The notes: a model not told the origin generated them from the letters alone. A DNA stretch of 64,000 nt from Candidatus Pacearchaeota archaeon (GCA_016188825.1 JACPHA010000006.1:10300-74299), one strand, 5' to 3'; counted from the first letter of the stretch, positions 20,441-29,830 are shown. Numbers and translations are program-made.

Positions 20441-20857
20441 ATGGGATATGTTAAGAGATGTTCTGATTGTGATAAACCCATTCATAATCTAAGAGCTCTT
20501 GCTAAGCGCTGTCGTTCGTGCCGGAGAGATTTTCAAAAGCAGGCTTCCCTAAAATGCAAGCGACAACAGAAAACGAAGAGTGCTCTAAGGAAATCCGAGC
20601 AAACTTCTGCTTATTTTATTATAAGTTATCAAACTAAGCAAGATTTACTTACTAAAATTACGGATTTAAAAGAAGAGCCGCAAGCCCCTAAAGAACCAAG
20701 CGCGGTAGATATCTTTTTTTATCCTTCCAGATGCGAAAACAAGTCCAATTATTACAAAGAACTTGAGAAATATCAGGAACTTCTTGAGTTGTGGAACGCA
20801 ATTAATCAAGAGAAAGAGTCATCTGTCTGCTACTTTTGGAATAATCTTGCTTTTTAA
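20441..20857 (+). CDS. hypothetical Zn-ribbon protein
   Basis: N-terminal CSDC...CRSC four-Cys pattern. Remainder is basic/acidic low complexity. Confidence 0.5.
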   Translation: MGYVKRCSDCDKPIHNLRALAKRCRSCRRDFQKQASLKCKRQQKTKSALRKSEQTSAYFIISYQTKQDLLTKITDLKEEPQAPKEPSAVDIFFYPSRCENKSNYYKELEKYQELLELWNAINQEKESSVCYFWNNLAF

Positions 20858-21042
20858 AAGCAAATAATTTTATTAGTCATGACAAAGACAACGATATCAT
20901 TAAGTTTGTCTAAAGAACTAGTTGGGAAAATCTTCCAGGAATGGTGAATAATAGACACGTGTAAACTAATCTGGACAGGAGTAGAAAGGTATTTAAATCC
21001 ATTATCTTTATAAAGATAATGGTAATAGTGAATGAAATAACT

Positions 21043-21672
21043 ATGAATATAGTAAAGAATGCTGAAGATGGAGAAAGTATTCATAGCTTGGCTTCTAAAA
21101 TGGAGTTTGCTTATTCTGCAGTTTATAGATGGATATTTGAATTAGAAAGATATGGGGTAATTAGTTTAATCAGAAAGGGAAATAGGAATGTTATTAAGAT
21201 TAATAAGAATTTAATTTATAAGAAATTTAAAGAGTTGGATGATGCTGTTTCTGTTATTGAAAAGGACGGTAATTTCTGGGAGTTGGTTAAAACTTTAAAA
21301 TTAAGAATAAGATTTGTAAAAGGAACAGCTGCGACAATCTGGACTAAAGGGAGTTTCATAACTGGAGATTTCTATGATAGGATTTACTTTTTGGAAGTTG
21401 ATAAGAAAGACGCAAATACTTTGAAAGATGCCTTAAAAGAAGAAGGGATTGCATTTACTGAGGGTGAAGTTAATAACCAAAGGCCTTTAGTTTGGATCAT
21501 TCAAAAAGAAGGATTTGATGTAGATAAAAAGGATGGCTTGCCAATTATGCCCTTAAGAGAATTAGTAGAATGGGGAAAAGAATTACATTTGGAGAATATT
21601 TTAGAACAATTGGATAGATTATACAATTTAAAATTAAATGCAAAATACTCTGAGGTTTCAACAAATATCTAA
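21043..21672 (+). CDS. winged-HTH protein, AbiEi-like antitoxin candidate
   Basis: HTH segment IHSLASKMEFAYSAVYRWIFELERYGVISL. Directly precedes a nucleotidyltransferase gene with a 1-nt gap. Confidence 0.4.
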   Translation: MNIVKNAEDGESIHSLASKMEFAYSAVYRWIFELERYGVISLIRKGNRNVIKINKNLIYKKFKELDDAVSVIEKDGNFWELVKTLKLRIRFVKGTAATIWTKGSFITGDFYDRIYFLEVDKKDANTLKDALKEEGIAFTEGEVNNQRPLVWIIQKEGFDVDKKDGLPIMPLRELVEWGKELHLENILEQLDRLYNLKLNAKYSEVSTNI

Positions 21673-21673
21673 G

Positions 21674-22360
21674 ATGGATTCAAGAGTTGGCTTGCTTGAA
21701 AGAGAACAGGAAGTTATGAAAATACTTAATTTATTCCTGGACAAAGAAATTGATTTTATTGTTGTTGGAGGTTATGCAATTTCAACTTATAAGAAAAGAT
21801 TCTCAATAGATTTGGATGTTGTAGTTAAAGCAGAAGATCTTGAAAAATTTGAGAAAATATTGGAAAAAGAGGGCTATGCTTTACATTATGAAAAAGAGAT
21901 CGCTTTGATGTATAGGGAAAACTTCAAGAGATTTATGAAGAAAATGAAAAACTTGCCGGTCGATATAGACCTATTAATTAATGGTCTGGTTTCAAGGACA
22001 ACAGATGCAACTTGGGGATTAGATTATATTAAAAGGAATTCTGTGAAAAGAAAATTAAACAATTCTGAATTTTTAACTCCGGAGAAAGAGCTGCTTATTG
22101 CTATGAAATTTCATAGCGGAAGATTATCAGATATTAGAGACATTGTTGCATTAATGCCTTGTGACAAAGAAAAACTCAAACGGCATTTACTAAATGGAGA
22201 TATTAAGAAACTCAAACAATCAATGAGAAAACAATCGTCTTTCTTGAATAAGCCACAGTTTGATGATAGTTTCAAAGGAATATTTGGGCCCTTTTCCTAT
22301 AGTGAGAAAGATGCTCGGACAACAAAAGAGCTGATAAATAGTTTATTGAAGAATGAATAA
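21674..22360 (+). CDS. nucleotidyltransferase, AbiEii-like toxin candidate
   Basis: NTase fold signature FIVVGGYAIS...RFSIDLDVVV (GG...S-x-D-x-D) and downstream KFHSGRLSDIRDI. Confidence 0.45.
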   Translation: MDSRVGLLEREQEVMKILNLFLDKEIDFIVVGGYAISTYKKRFSIDLDVVVKAEDLEKFEKILEKEGYALHYEKEIALMYRENFKRFMKKMKNLPVDIDLLINGLVSRTTDATWGLDYIKRNSVKRKLNNSEFLTPEKELLIAMKFHSGRLSDIRDIVALMPCDKEKLKRHLLNGDIKKLKQSMRKQSSFLNKPQFDDSFKGIFGPFSYSEKDARTTKELINSLLKNE

Positions 22361-22499
22361 TATGTCAAAAACCTTGGTTTTTGAAAGGAGCTTTGAGATA
22401 GCTAAGGAAAAGGATAAAAAGGAGTAAAGGAGATTAAGGATTTTCATGAGAAGATGAAGGAAAAAGAAGAACGAGAAGAGGAGATGGAAGAAGAACTGG

Positions 22500-22727
22500 A
22501 TGAAACTGGGGGAGATGACGAAGATGAGTGAAATTTGTAAAACCTGCAAAAAGAAGTTTGATTCAGGAATTTGGATAGCCTCGCAATTTAGAGATGAAAA
22601 GGTTCTGTTATTTTGTTCAGATAAATGCAAGAACGAATATCTCAAAATGAAACTAAACAGAATAAAAACAGAGTATTCTAAATATTATGATAAGATAATA
22701 AAATCTTCAAAGAATGGGCCGGGATAA
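22500..22727 (+). CDS. small TRASH/MYM-like zinc-finger protein
   Basis: CKTCKKKF...LFCSDKCK Cys pairs. The real start may be the ATG at 22524 (MSEICKTCKK). Confidence 0.5.
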   Translation: MKLGEMTKMSEICKTCKKKFDSGIWIASQFRDEKVLLFCSDKCKNEYLKMKLNRIKTEYSKYYDKIIKSSKNGPG

Positions 22728-22739
22728 TCTTTTCTTCAA

Positions 22740-22769
22740 AAGATGCGTTTTTTGGCATCTTGTTTTTTT
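22740..22769 (+). terminator. hairpin plus T-tract downstream of the zinc-finger gene
   Basis: AAGATGC-gttttttg-GCATCTT followed by GTTTTTTTC. Confidence 0.35.
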
Positions 22770-22929
22770 CGTGCCATTCTTTGTTTATTTTCATTCTTCA
22801 ATCCCTGATTATGATAATTAAGCCAGTGGTAGTACATATCTTTTTACAGGGACTGTCTGGAACTAATGAAACCTACTAACTTTCTTAAATATCTCAAATC
22901 CATCTTAAAAGGAACTTTCTCTTTTAATT

Positions 22930-23072
22930 CTATAGAGGACTTTGAATAACCCCTATTTTTTGCTTTCTTTCAAAGACTTCAACTTCCAAGTTGAATGTAT
23001 CAAAGAACTTGTTTTTTGAGTCCTTCTTAGAGAGTTTTGAAAAACCCTAAAAACTTTCAAAACTCTCTATAG
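22930..23072 (+). repeat. 143-nt MITE-like structured element, copy 1
   Basis: Near-identical to 52724-52865. 8-bp terminal inverted repeat CTATAGAG...CTCTATAG. Internal palindrome TTCAACTTccAAGTTGAA. 14-bp stem hairpin at 23029-23068. Confidence 0.85.
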
Positions 23073-23141
23073 CATTTTGATTGTATTTTGACTCCTATAT
23101 CAACCCAAGAAATCAGAAGTAGCGGAATAGTTGCTGATAGC

Positions 23142-23888
23142 TTAACTCCCCTTAATCTTCCTTATCAATTTCCCAATTTCTTTCTTCTTCTCCCACCTTT
23201 CTTTTTCCTTCTTACTCTTTAAATAACTAGTCACCAAAATAATAATTATCCAAGCCGAGAGCATGAATATTACATATTTTGCTCCTGCTAATTCCAAAGC
23301 CGCCTGTCCTAAATTATAAATCAAAACACTCCAAAAAGTATTCCAAACAACTATCCCGATTGCAGAATATAAAAGAAACTTTTTTGTTGCAACATGTAAA
23401 ATTCCTGCTGCGGTTGCAATTATTGAAGATAAATTGGGATCCCAATAACTAAACATGATTGCCTTAAGCTCATGTTTTCTCACTCTTATCTTTGCCCTGT
23501 CTAATGACCTCTTAAATCCAAGTTTTGTCAAAATCCTATGCCAGCCGTGCTTCCCAACAATATAATTTCCATAATAAGCTATAAAAAATGCAACTGAAAT
23601 TATCAAAGTAATTTCAATAACTCTAATAACATTTTTTCCCGCAGCAATTATTCCCAAAAAAATAATAAAACCTCCTGGAAAATACTGCCCGATAACCAAA
23701 AATCCCTCAATCAAAGCGGTAATAAAAACAACCATCAAACCGTGTCTGTCAAAATAAAAACTAATCCATTGTATGGTTTCTTCCGCATTCGGCAAATCAA
23801 ACGAGCCCCATAAAAAAAGTACCAAAAAATAAACTGCCGCTATAACAAGCGGAATAGCCAATAGGCGCAGAACCTCTTTTGTTTTCAT
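23142..23888 (-). CDS. DedA/SNARE-associated family membrane protein
   Basis: VFITALIEGFLVIGQYFPGG matches the DedA signature (E...P..PG). Multi-TM, with a basic C-terminal tail. Confidence 0.6.
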   Translation of the reverse strand: MKTKEVLRLLAIPLVIAAVYFLVLFLWGSFDLPNAEETIQWISFYFDRHGLMVVFITALIEGFLVIGQYFPGGFIIFLGIIAAGKNVIRVIEITLIISVAFFIAYYGNYIVGKHGWHRILTKLGFKRSLDRAKIRVRKHELKAIMFSYWDPNLSSIIATAAGILHVATKKFLLYSAIGIVVWNTFWSVLIYNLGQAALELAGAKYVIFMLSAWIIIILVTSYLKSKKEKERWEKKKEIGKLIRKIKGS

Positions 23889-24004
23889 TCTCTTTTAAGA
23901 AAGAATTAAATTATAAACCTTGCTAAAACAATTCTTTTTGTATCATATGATATATCTAAAGTCGTTAATTTTTGACCAGTAGGACTTTAGATATCTATAA
24001 CTTT

Positions 24005-24328
24005 CTATAATTCATCCAAAAAAATCTTCAAAACTCTAATTCTCTTCTTGTCTTTATAACTCTCTACCTTTCCTAAAACTCTTATCTCTTTTCCTCTATA
24101 GATCCTAGAGCATTCGCAAATCAACTCAAAACCGTTGTCCAAAACCAAAATAAAATTTTCCCCATAACTATTCTTTTCTTCTACAACTTTTCCACTAATC
24201 TCAACTCTTTTATTAGTTATTAAATTATCTAAATCTCTTATATCAATAATTTCCTCGTAAGAGCTATTTAGCAATACAAACATCAAAAACATTCCAACTA
24301 TCATTATAACAAAAGCAATTTTCCTCAT
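24005..24328 (-). CDS. membrane-anchored OB-fold-like protein
   Basis: Start MRKIAFVIMIVGMFLMFVLL (one TM) followed by a beta-rich ~85-aa domain (VEISGKVVEEK...IRVLGKVESYK) resembling a tRNA_anti-type OB fold. Confidence 0.4.
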   Translation of the reverse strand: MRKIAFVIMIVGMFLMFVLLNSSYEEIIDIRDLDNLITNKRVEISGKVVEEKNSYGENFILVLDNGFELICECSRIYRGKEIRVLGKVESYKDKKRIRVLKIFLDEL

Positions 24329-24367
24329 TTTAGTTAATTTTATAAAGTTAATAAGATTAAAAATATA

Positions 24368-26230
24368 ATGCAAAAAAGAGGATTGTCATTTTTTATAGTA
24401 ATAATTATTTTGCTTTCTAGTTTTGTAGTTTATGCTCAGGAAGAAGATAATTCAAATAGCCTAAATGATGGCTCCGAAGAACCAGAGATAATAGAAGATG
24501 ATTCTGCAGAGAATAACGAAGAAACCTCTCTCGAAGAACTAGAAAAAGAATTCTCTGATGAAGAGCTTGAAATAAGTCCTGGGATAAGTCCAGACAGTAG
24601 TTTTTATTTTATAGATGAATTCTTCAACAGGTTCGGGAGTTCTATTGGAAACAGAGAGGAAAAAATTGCAGAAACTAAGGCAATGATACAAAGTGGTAAA
24701 ATTGAGGAAGCCAGGGAGGCTTTAGAAGGATACAAAAAATATGCTGATAAGCTTGAAAAAGAAGTTTCGCCAGAAGAAAGAAAAGAAGCCAGAAAAAGCG
24801 CTGCCGCAATCCACAGGGCATTAAAGGAAATCGAATCTGAAATCCCGGAAGATGAAAGAGAAGAATTTATAGATGATATTCGAAAAAAGGAAAACGCAAT
24901 TCTTACCGCTGCAGAAATTGCAAATAAAATAAAAGAATTGTGTCAAACATTATCAAAATTAGATCCCACGGAGTTTTACAGGGTCTGCAAAAGTGAAGAC
25001 AATTCCCCAAGATGGCACAAAGATTTATTCAATGACTTGACAGAAGAACAAGAAAAAGAAGCCAGATTATTTTTTGAGATAATGATGCAATGTTTTGAAA
25101 CGGGGGGAAAAGAATGCAGATGTGAAGAAATTCCACACAAGGCATTTTCAAACGAATGCTCTGTGGTTGCCCCGCTTACTGCAGCATGCGAAGAAGGAGA
25201 AGAAACTGCATGCGCGCAAATGGAAGAGCAAACAGAAGATATAGAAAACTTGTTGGAAGATGCTCCTCATTTGCAAAGAGTTCTCGAAGAAATTGAAGAA
25301 AGATTTTCAGAAGCACAGTTTGACAACCACGTCCCGCCAGAGTGCAGGAGAGAAAATGCAAAAACAGCAAAAGAATGCATGTTAGTAATGTTTAGAGCAC
25401 ATGCTCCTGAAGAATGTATTGAAGCTCTGGAAAGCGGAGAAATTGATTTTACTAATGAAAGAGAAGCTCGCATGGCATGCGAAGAAATAATGTTTAAGGA
25501 AAATGCTCCTGAAGAATGTATTGAAGCCGGAATAAAAAACCCAAAAGAATGTGGAGTATACATGTTTAAATTAAATGCGCCGGAAGAATGTATTGAAGCA
25601 GGCCTAACAGGCGAGCACCAAAGCGATCATAGAAAATGCGAAACTATTATGAGAGAAAAAGGCGGTCCTGCAGGTCGCGGACCACCGGCATTAGGAATAA
25701 GATGTAAAAGTATTGAAGACCCTGAAGAAAGATTAAAGTGTTATGATTCTGCCTTAGAAGGAACAGGGTCATTGCCTTTTGGACATGGATTTCCTCCTGA
25801 ATGCGAAGAAAAAGGAGCAGCAACTCCTGAAGAATGCGAAAGAGTCATGAGGGAAATAAGAGAAAGTGATTTTGAAAGAAGAGACGAAAATTTTGACAGA
25901 GAGGGCCCTTCTGGCAACTGGCCTGAACAATGCCAAAGAGCTAACGCATTCACCGAAGAATCTTGCAGGAAAGTAATGGAAGAAGGCCAGCAGCAAAGAG
26001 AGGAATTCAATGAACCAACTCAACCAACTGAAAACCCTTCTCCTAGTGAAACCACAGAATCAACAACTACAACAGAAACTCAAAGAACAGAAGAAAGCTC
26101 AGCTGAAACTAGCACAAGTTCAGAATCATCAGGCTCTGTTACAGGCACCGGAGGCGCAATCACAATCACTAGTGGGGTTATCAGAGAAAACAGATTTCTC
26201 AAATATTACTTTAGATTATTCAGGTATTAA
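24368..26230 (+). CDS. secreted acidic protein with Cys-pair (PEEC) repeats and Thr/Ser-rich tail
   Basis: Signal LSFFIVIIILLSSFVVYA. At least six units such as HAPEECIEAL, NAPEECIEAG (x2), PPECRREN...KECM and TPEECERVM. C-terminal TTESTTTTETQ region. Confidence 0.75.
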   Translation: MQKRGLSFFIVIIILLSSFVVYAQEEDNSNSLNDGSEEPEIIEDDSAENNEETSLEELEKEFSDEELEISPGISPDSSFYFIDEFFNRFGSSIGNREEKIAETKAMIQSGKIEEAREALEGYKKYADKLEKEVSPEERKEARKSAAAIHRALKEIESEIPEDEREEFIDDIRKKENAILTAAEIANKIKELCQTLSKLDPTEFYRVCKSEDNSPRWHKDLFNDLTEEQEKEARLFFEIMMQCFETGGKECRCEEIPHKAFSNECSVVAPLTAACEEGEETACAQMEEQTEDIENLLEDAPHLQRVLEEIEERFSEAQFDNHVPPECRRENAKTAKECMLVMFRAHAPEECIEALESGEIDFTNEREARMACEEIMFKENAPEECIEAGIKNPKECGVYMFKLNAPEECIEAGLTGEHQSDHRKCETIMREKGGPAGRGPPALGIRCKSIEDPEERLKCYDSALEGTGSLPFGHGFPPECEEKGAATPEECERVMREIRESDFERRDENFDREGPSGNWPEQCQRANAFTEESCRKVMEEGQQQREEFNEPTQPTENPSPSETTESTTTTETQRTEESSAETSTSSESSGSVTGTGGAITITSGVIRENRFLKYYFRLFRY

Positions 26231-26310
26231 ATTGTCTAACTTATTTTTTCCATTCTCTCTAAAAGTTCGCTATTTGCTTTTTCTCACAGTTGCCTTAAAA
26301 AATCCGCGCT

Positions 26311-26325
26311 CGCGGCTTAGCCGCG
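26311..26325 (-). other. GC-rich hairpin spanning the stop codon of 26317-27057
   Basis: CGCGGC-tta-GCCGCG with the TAA in the loop, followed on the coding strand by a T-run. A positional equivalent lies at 61656-61670. Confidence 0.6.
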
Positions 26326-27057
26326 AATCAGAACTACCCGACCATCACCGTCCGAGTAAGCGAGATCCCCGCCGTACGAAAGGACGTAGAGACTACTGTC
26401 CAAGCACAACCACGAAAGGCCTTCATCTTGCGTATATAATCTTCTTTCTCCACCTTCATCAAAAATTGGCAATGCTCTGTCATCCGTCTTAGAAAATCTT
26501 TTATTATTATTTTTACCAATTAAAACCGGAGCTTCAAAAAGTTCAACATCATTTCTTAACTGGAAAGCTAGACCATATTGGTTATCAGCGTTCGTTAAAT
26601 CAAATCCTGTCAAAGGAATCATTATATGATTTTTAGTAGAGGGTTCAATGCCGCGAGCTCTTACCTGTTTAACAAGATCTTGCGCTAGAGGAGTATTACG
26701 ATCATAAGAACATTTGTCAGTTCTTACAACAAGAGAGGCATCTTCATATTGTCTTCTCAACGGCAAACTGCTTGATTCAAGAATTCTGCCTAAGTCTGCA
26801 GGTGTTGCAGTTCTTATTCCCATAGGCCTAAGAATCTGGTTTGCCAAGACTACTGCGAAAGGATTTGAGCCAGCTACAACATTTCCATCATAAGCCAGAA
26901 CCTTAATGTTACTATTACCTTTGTAATCAACATCAGCTAGACCGTTAAATTCCTCTAAGAATGCTTCTGCATCAGCTCCTTCAATAAAGCTAGCAATGAT
27001 ATTTGGAACTCTCCAATTAAAGTTTCCTTTAAATTTTGACTTTGTTTTTGTTTCCAT
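26317..27057 (-). CDS. conserved hypothetical protein with GC-rich variable-region-like C-terminus
   Basis: 246-aa ORF. Aligns end to end with 61641-62435. C-terminal ...SWLCLDSSLYVLSYGGDLAYSDGDGRVVLIRG uses locally GC-rich codons. Confidence 0.8.
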   Translation of the reverse strand: METKTKSKFKGNFNWRVPNIIASFIEGADAEAFLEEFNGLADVDYKGNSNIKVLAYDGNVVAGSNPFAVVLANQILRPMGIRTATPADLGRILESSSLPLRRQYEDASLVVRTDKCSYDRNTPLAQDLVKQVRARGIEPSTKNHIMIPLTGFDLTNADNQYGLAFQLRNDVELFEAPVLIGKNNNKRFSKTDDRALPIFDEGGERRLYTQDEGLSWLCLDSSLYVLSYGGDLAYSDGDGRVVLIRG

Positions 27058-27271
27058 CGTGTTTTTTATAAAGATATGGTGTATTTAAAGCTTTCGGCTT
27101 TGTTACTACTTAAAAATTTATCAAGATACTTGATATCTAATTCGATATTCCATAATTCATTATTTTTAGTACAAAAATAGATTGCCTCTTTTTTAGAAAC
27201 CGCTTAATATAAAAAAGAATTTGCAATTCAACATTAAAAAAATTTAAATCCTCGCATTTTCTATCTTTAAC

Positions 27272-28231
27272 ATGAATCTTAATGAAAAACTTGAATTAAT
27301 AAAAAGAAACACAGAGGAAATCATCACTGAAGAAAATTTAATAAAACTTTTAAAAACTAAAAAACAGCCAATCTGTTACTGCGGCTACGAACCTTCTGGC
27401 CCCTTGCATCTTGGTCATTTCGTGACAATAACTAAACTAATTGACTTGGAAAAAGCAGGATTCAAAATAAAAATTCTTCTTGCAGACATTCACGCAATGC
27501 TAAACAAAAAAGGAGATGAAAAATCAATAAAAAAAGAAGTAGAAGCATGGAAAAAAACCATCAAAGCAATCGGATTAAATTGCCAAATAATCCTTGGTTC
27601 TGACTTTCAATTCAAAAAAGAATATCAGTTTGATGTTATGAAAATTGCACAGCACACAACAATAAATCGTGGATTAAGAAGCATGCAGGAAATTGCTCGT
27701 GACATTGAAAATGCAACAATTTCTCAATTAATATATCCGATAATGCAAATAGTGGATATAAAGCACTTGGAAGTCGATGTTGCCCTCGGTGGTTTAGAAC
27801 AAAGAAAAGTCCACATGATAGGAAAAGATATGTCAAAAATTTTAGCTCACGACTTTATACCGTTACATACTCCACTAATTACTTCCATAAATGGCCCCGG
27901 AGAAAAAATGTCAAAATCTCTTCCTGGCTCCGGAATTTCAATCACTGATTCATATGAAGAAATAAAGAAAACAATTTCATCTGCTTACTGTCCCGCAAAA
28001 GAACTCAAAGACAATCCAATATTACAAATAACAAAGTTAATTATCTTCCCAAGGTTCAGCAAAATAAAAATCCAAAGGCCAGAAAAATTCGGAGGCAATT
28101 TAGAATATAATTCTTGTGAATCTCTTGAAAAAGATTTTTCCCAAGGAAATTTGCATCCTGCCGACTTGAAATATGCAGTCATAGAATATCTTGAAAAAAT
28201 TATTTCCCCAATAAGAAAAAACTTCAAATAA
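27272..28231 (+). CDS. tyrS: tyrosyl-tRNA synthetase, archaeal type
   Basis: HIGH-type motif PLHLGH, KMSKS motif EKMSKS, about 319 aa, and the typical N-terminal LIKRNTEEIITEENL. Confidence 0.9.
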   Translation: MNLNEKLELIKRNTEEIITEENLIKLLKTKKQPICYCGYEPSGPLHLGHFVTITKLIDLEKAGFKIKILLADIHAMLNKKGDEKSIKKEVEAWKKTIKAIGLNCQIILGSDFQFKKEYQFDVMKIAQHTTINRGLRSMQEIARDIENATISQLIYPIMQIVDIKHLEVDVALGGLEQRKVHMIGKDMSKILAHDFIPLHTPLITSINGPGEKMSKSLPGSGISITDSYEEIKKTISSAYCPAKELKDNPILQITKLIIFPRFSKIKIQRPEKFGGNLEYNSCESLEKDFSQGNLHPADLKYAVIEYLEKIISPIRKNFK

Positions 28232-28233
28232 AA

Positions 28234-28728
28234 TCATGGCAAAGCAATTGCACTTTGCAAGACATAAACTAAATTTTCATTTCCGTTAACCTTCACAACC
28301 CTTTCTTTTGGGCGAAACATATCATCATCTTCTATTGCAACAACTCTTTTAACATTTTCATTAATTTTTCTTAAATCCTTATAAAATCCGCATTCTGCAG
28401 AATCATCTGAACAAACCCCAACAATATGAATTGGCACTTTATTAAAAAGTTTTCCTCCAAAATTTTCTATATAGTTTGAAGAAGCTGACCATAAAACCAC
28501 TTCATCAAAACGCTCAGTTGCAAAATCAATTACTCTTCTCGCATTTTTGTCAACAACATAAGAATCAAAACCTCTGACTCCATTAAAATAAGTTTTTATC
28601 CTGTGCAAAACAACACCATCAACATCAAAAACCAAAACATTCTTATTGTCGCCAAAAAGAGATTTAGATATATCATTAATATTAACTGCTGTTACTCTTG
28701 GTCTTCTCTCATAAAGTGCACAATTCAT
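28234..28728 (-). CDS. HAD-superfamily phosphatase-like protein
   Basis: DxD motif in VLVFDVDGVVLH. Later WSASS and IEDDD motifs fit HAD motifs II-IV. Confidence 0.5.
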   Translation of the reverse strand: MNCALYERRPRVTAVNINDISKSLFGDNKNVLVFDVDGVVLHRIKTYFNGVRGFDSYVVDKNARRVIDFATERFDEVVLWSASSNYIENFGGKLFNKVPIHIVGVCSDDSAECGFYKDLRKINENVKRVVAIEDDDMFRPKERVVKVNGNENLVYVLQSAIALP

Positions 28729-28758
28729 TATTAATATCAAGAAAGTTGGTTTAAAAAC

Positions 28759-29664
28759 CTATCTCGTATGAAACTCAACAACATCTCTATCCTCAACAAC
28801 ATGATTCAGTCCAACTTTCTGGTTTGGAAATTTCCCGCTAGGACCTGTTAGTCTTGTTTCCTTAACACGAGCAGAAAAACCTTTCAAAATACTTTCTGCA
28901 ACATCTTTTACGGTCGCTCCTTTAGGTAAAACCAACGGCTTCTCACTTACCTTCCTGCCATGCTCCTTCATGTAAATCCTAATCATCCCTATCTCATTAA
29001 AAATTCTCTGTTTCAGCTCGTCAATTCCAAAACCTGCAAAAGCAGAAATAATCACTCCATTAATCCTCTTGCTTTTAATCCTTTCTCTTAGTTTTCTTAA
29101 TTCATCATCTTGCAGTCTATCAGCTTTATTCACTACCACAATCCTCTTTCCCCTTGCTCTTGGAATTTGTTTCTCTATTTCCCCAATTTCTTCCAAGTTC
29201 TCAACAACTAGCAAAATGCAATCAGCATTGTTCACGATACCTATATTAAAATTTTCACTTTCTAAACTTGGCAAATCAACAATCTGCGCCTGCACGCCCT
29301 CGTAATAAAATGTCCCGATTTCCGGCTCTTTTGTTGTAAACATAAAATCAGAAACCTCTGGATTTGCATTCGTCAATTTTCCAAGCAAAGTGCTCTTTCC
29401 TTTGTTTGTAAAACCAACAAGAACAATCTGATATCCCTCTTTTCTCAATCCTTTTTTCCCTCCAGATTTTTTCTTTCCCTTTTCAGCTTTCTCCTTTAAT
29501 TTTCTTAGTCTTGTCTTCAGATTTGCTCTTAAATTCTCTCCTCCCTTATGCGCCGGCGCCCGTCTAATCATCTCTTCCAAAAAATAAATTTTCTCCTCTA
29601 TCGTTTTCGCATTAAAATAATCCTTCTCTGCTTTCAAAAAATCAGGATGTGCATTTATCGGCAT
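28759..29664 (-). CDS. DRG/Obg-family GTPase with C-terminal TGS domain
   Basis: G1 GFTNKGKST, G3 DLPS, G4 NKAD. C-terminal IRIYMKEHGRK...DVVEFHT resembles a TGS domain. Confidence 0.8.
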   Translation of the reverse strand: MPINAHPDFLKAEKDYFNAKTIEEKIYFLEEMIRRAPAHKGGENLRANLKTRLRKLKEKAEKGKKKSGGKKGLRKEGYQIVLVGFTNKGKSTLLGKLTNANPEVSDFMFTTKEPEIGTFYYEGVQAQIVDLPSLESENFNIGIVNNADCILLVVENLEEIGEIEKQIPRARGKRIVVVNKADRLQDDELRKLRERIKSKRINGVIISAFAGFGIDELKQRIFNEIGMIRIYMKEHGRKVSEKPLVLPKGATVKDVAESILKGFSARVKETRLTGPSGKFPNQKVGLNHVVEDRDVVEFHTR

Positions 29665-29830
29665 GCTTTTATATATAGAAAACTATTTAAATATCTTAAT
29701 ACTAAACCTTCTTGGGCTGCTGATTTTTACACTCTCGATAATAACGACTAAAATTTATCTAGACGAGTAAATAAACAACCCGCAAGCTCCTCCTAGCACG
29801 GGTGTAACAGAACCCATTTTATAATATCTT

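Noticed and set aside
26299-26427. Plus-strand (antisense) reading frame through the conserved cassette as a hidden gene
   Set aside because: Translated on the plus strand the two cassettes are about 70% identical with wobble-type changes (NYPTITVRVSEIPAV... versus NYPTIIVRVSEIPAA...), which was tempting. But the frame has no start codon in the 26-kb locus (about 43 codons, stop to stop). Protein-level similarity of the minus frame also continues well upstream where nucleotide similarity is lost, so the minus frame is the gene.
26010-26492. 160-aa plus-strand ORF overlapping the ends of two genes
   Set aside because: It reads through the Thr/Ser-rich tail of 24368-26230 in another frame, then antisense to 26317-27057. 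Low-complexity composition and no support.
29740-29830. GC-richer patch (ACCCG...CGGGT) upstream of 29831 as a tRNA or sRNA
   Set aside because: It has only a 5-bp stem and no cloverleaf or box motifs could be drawn.
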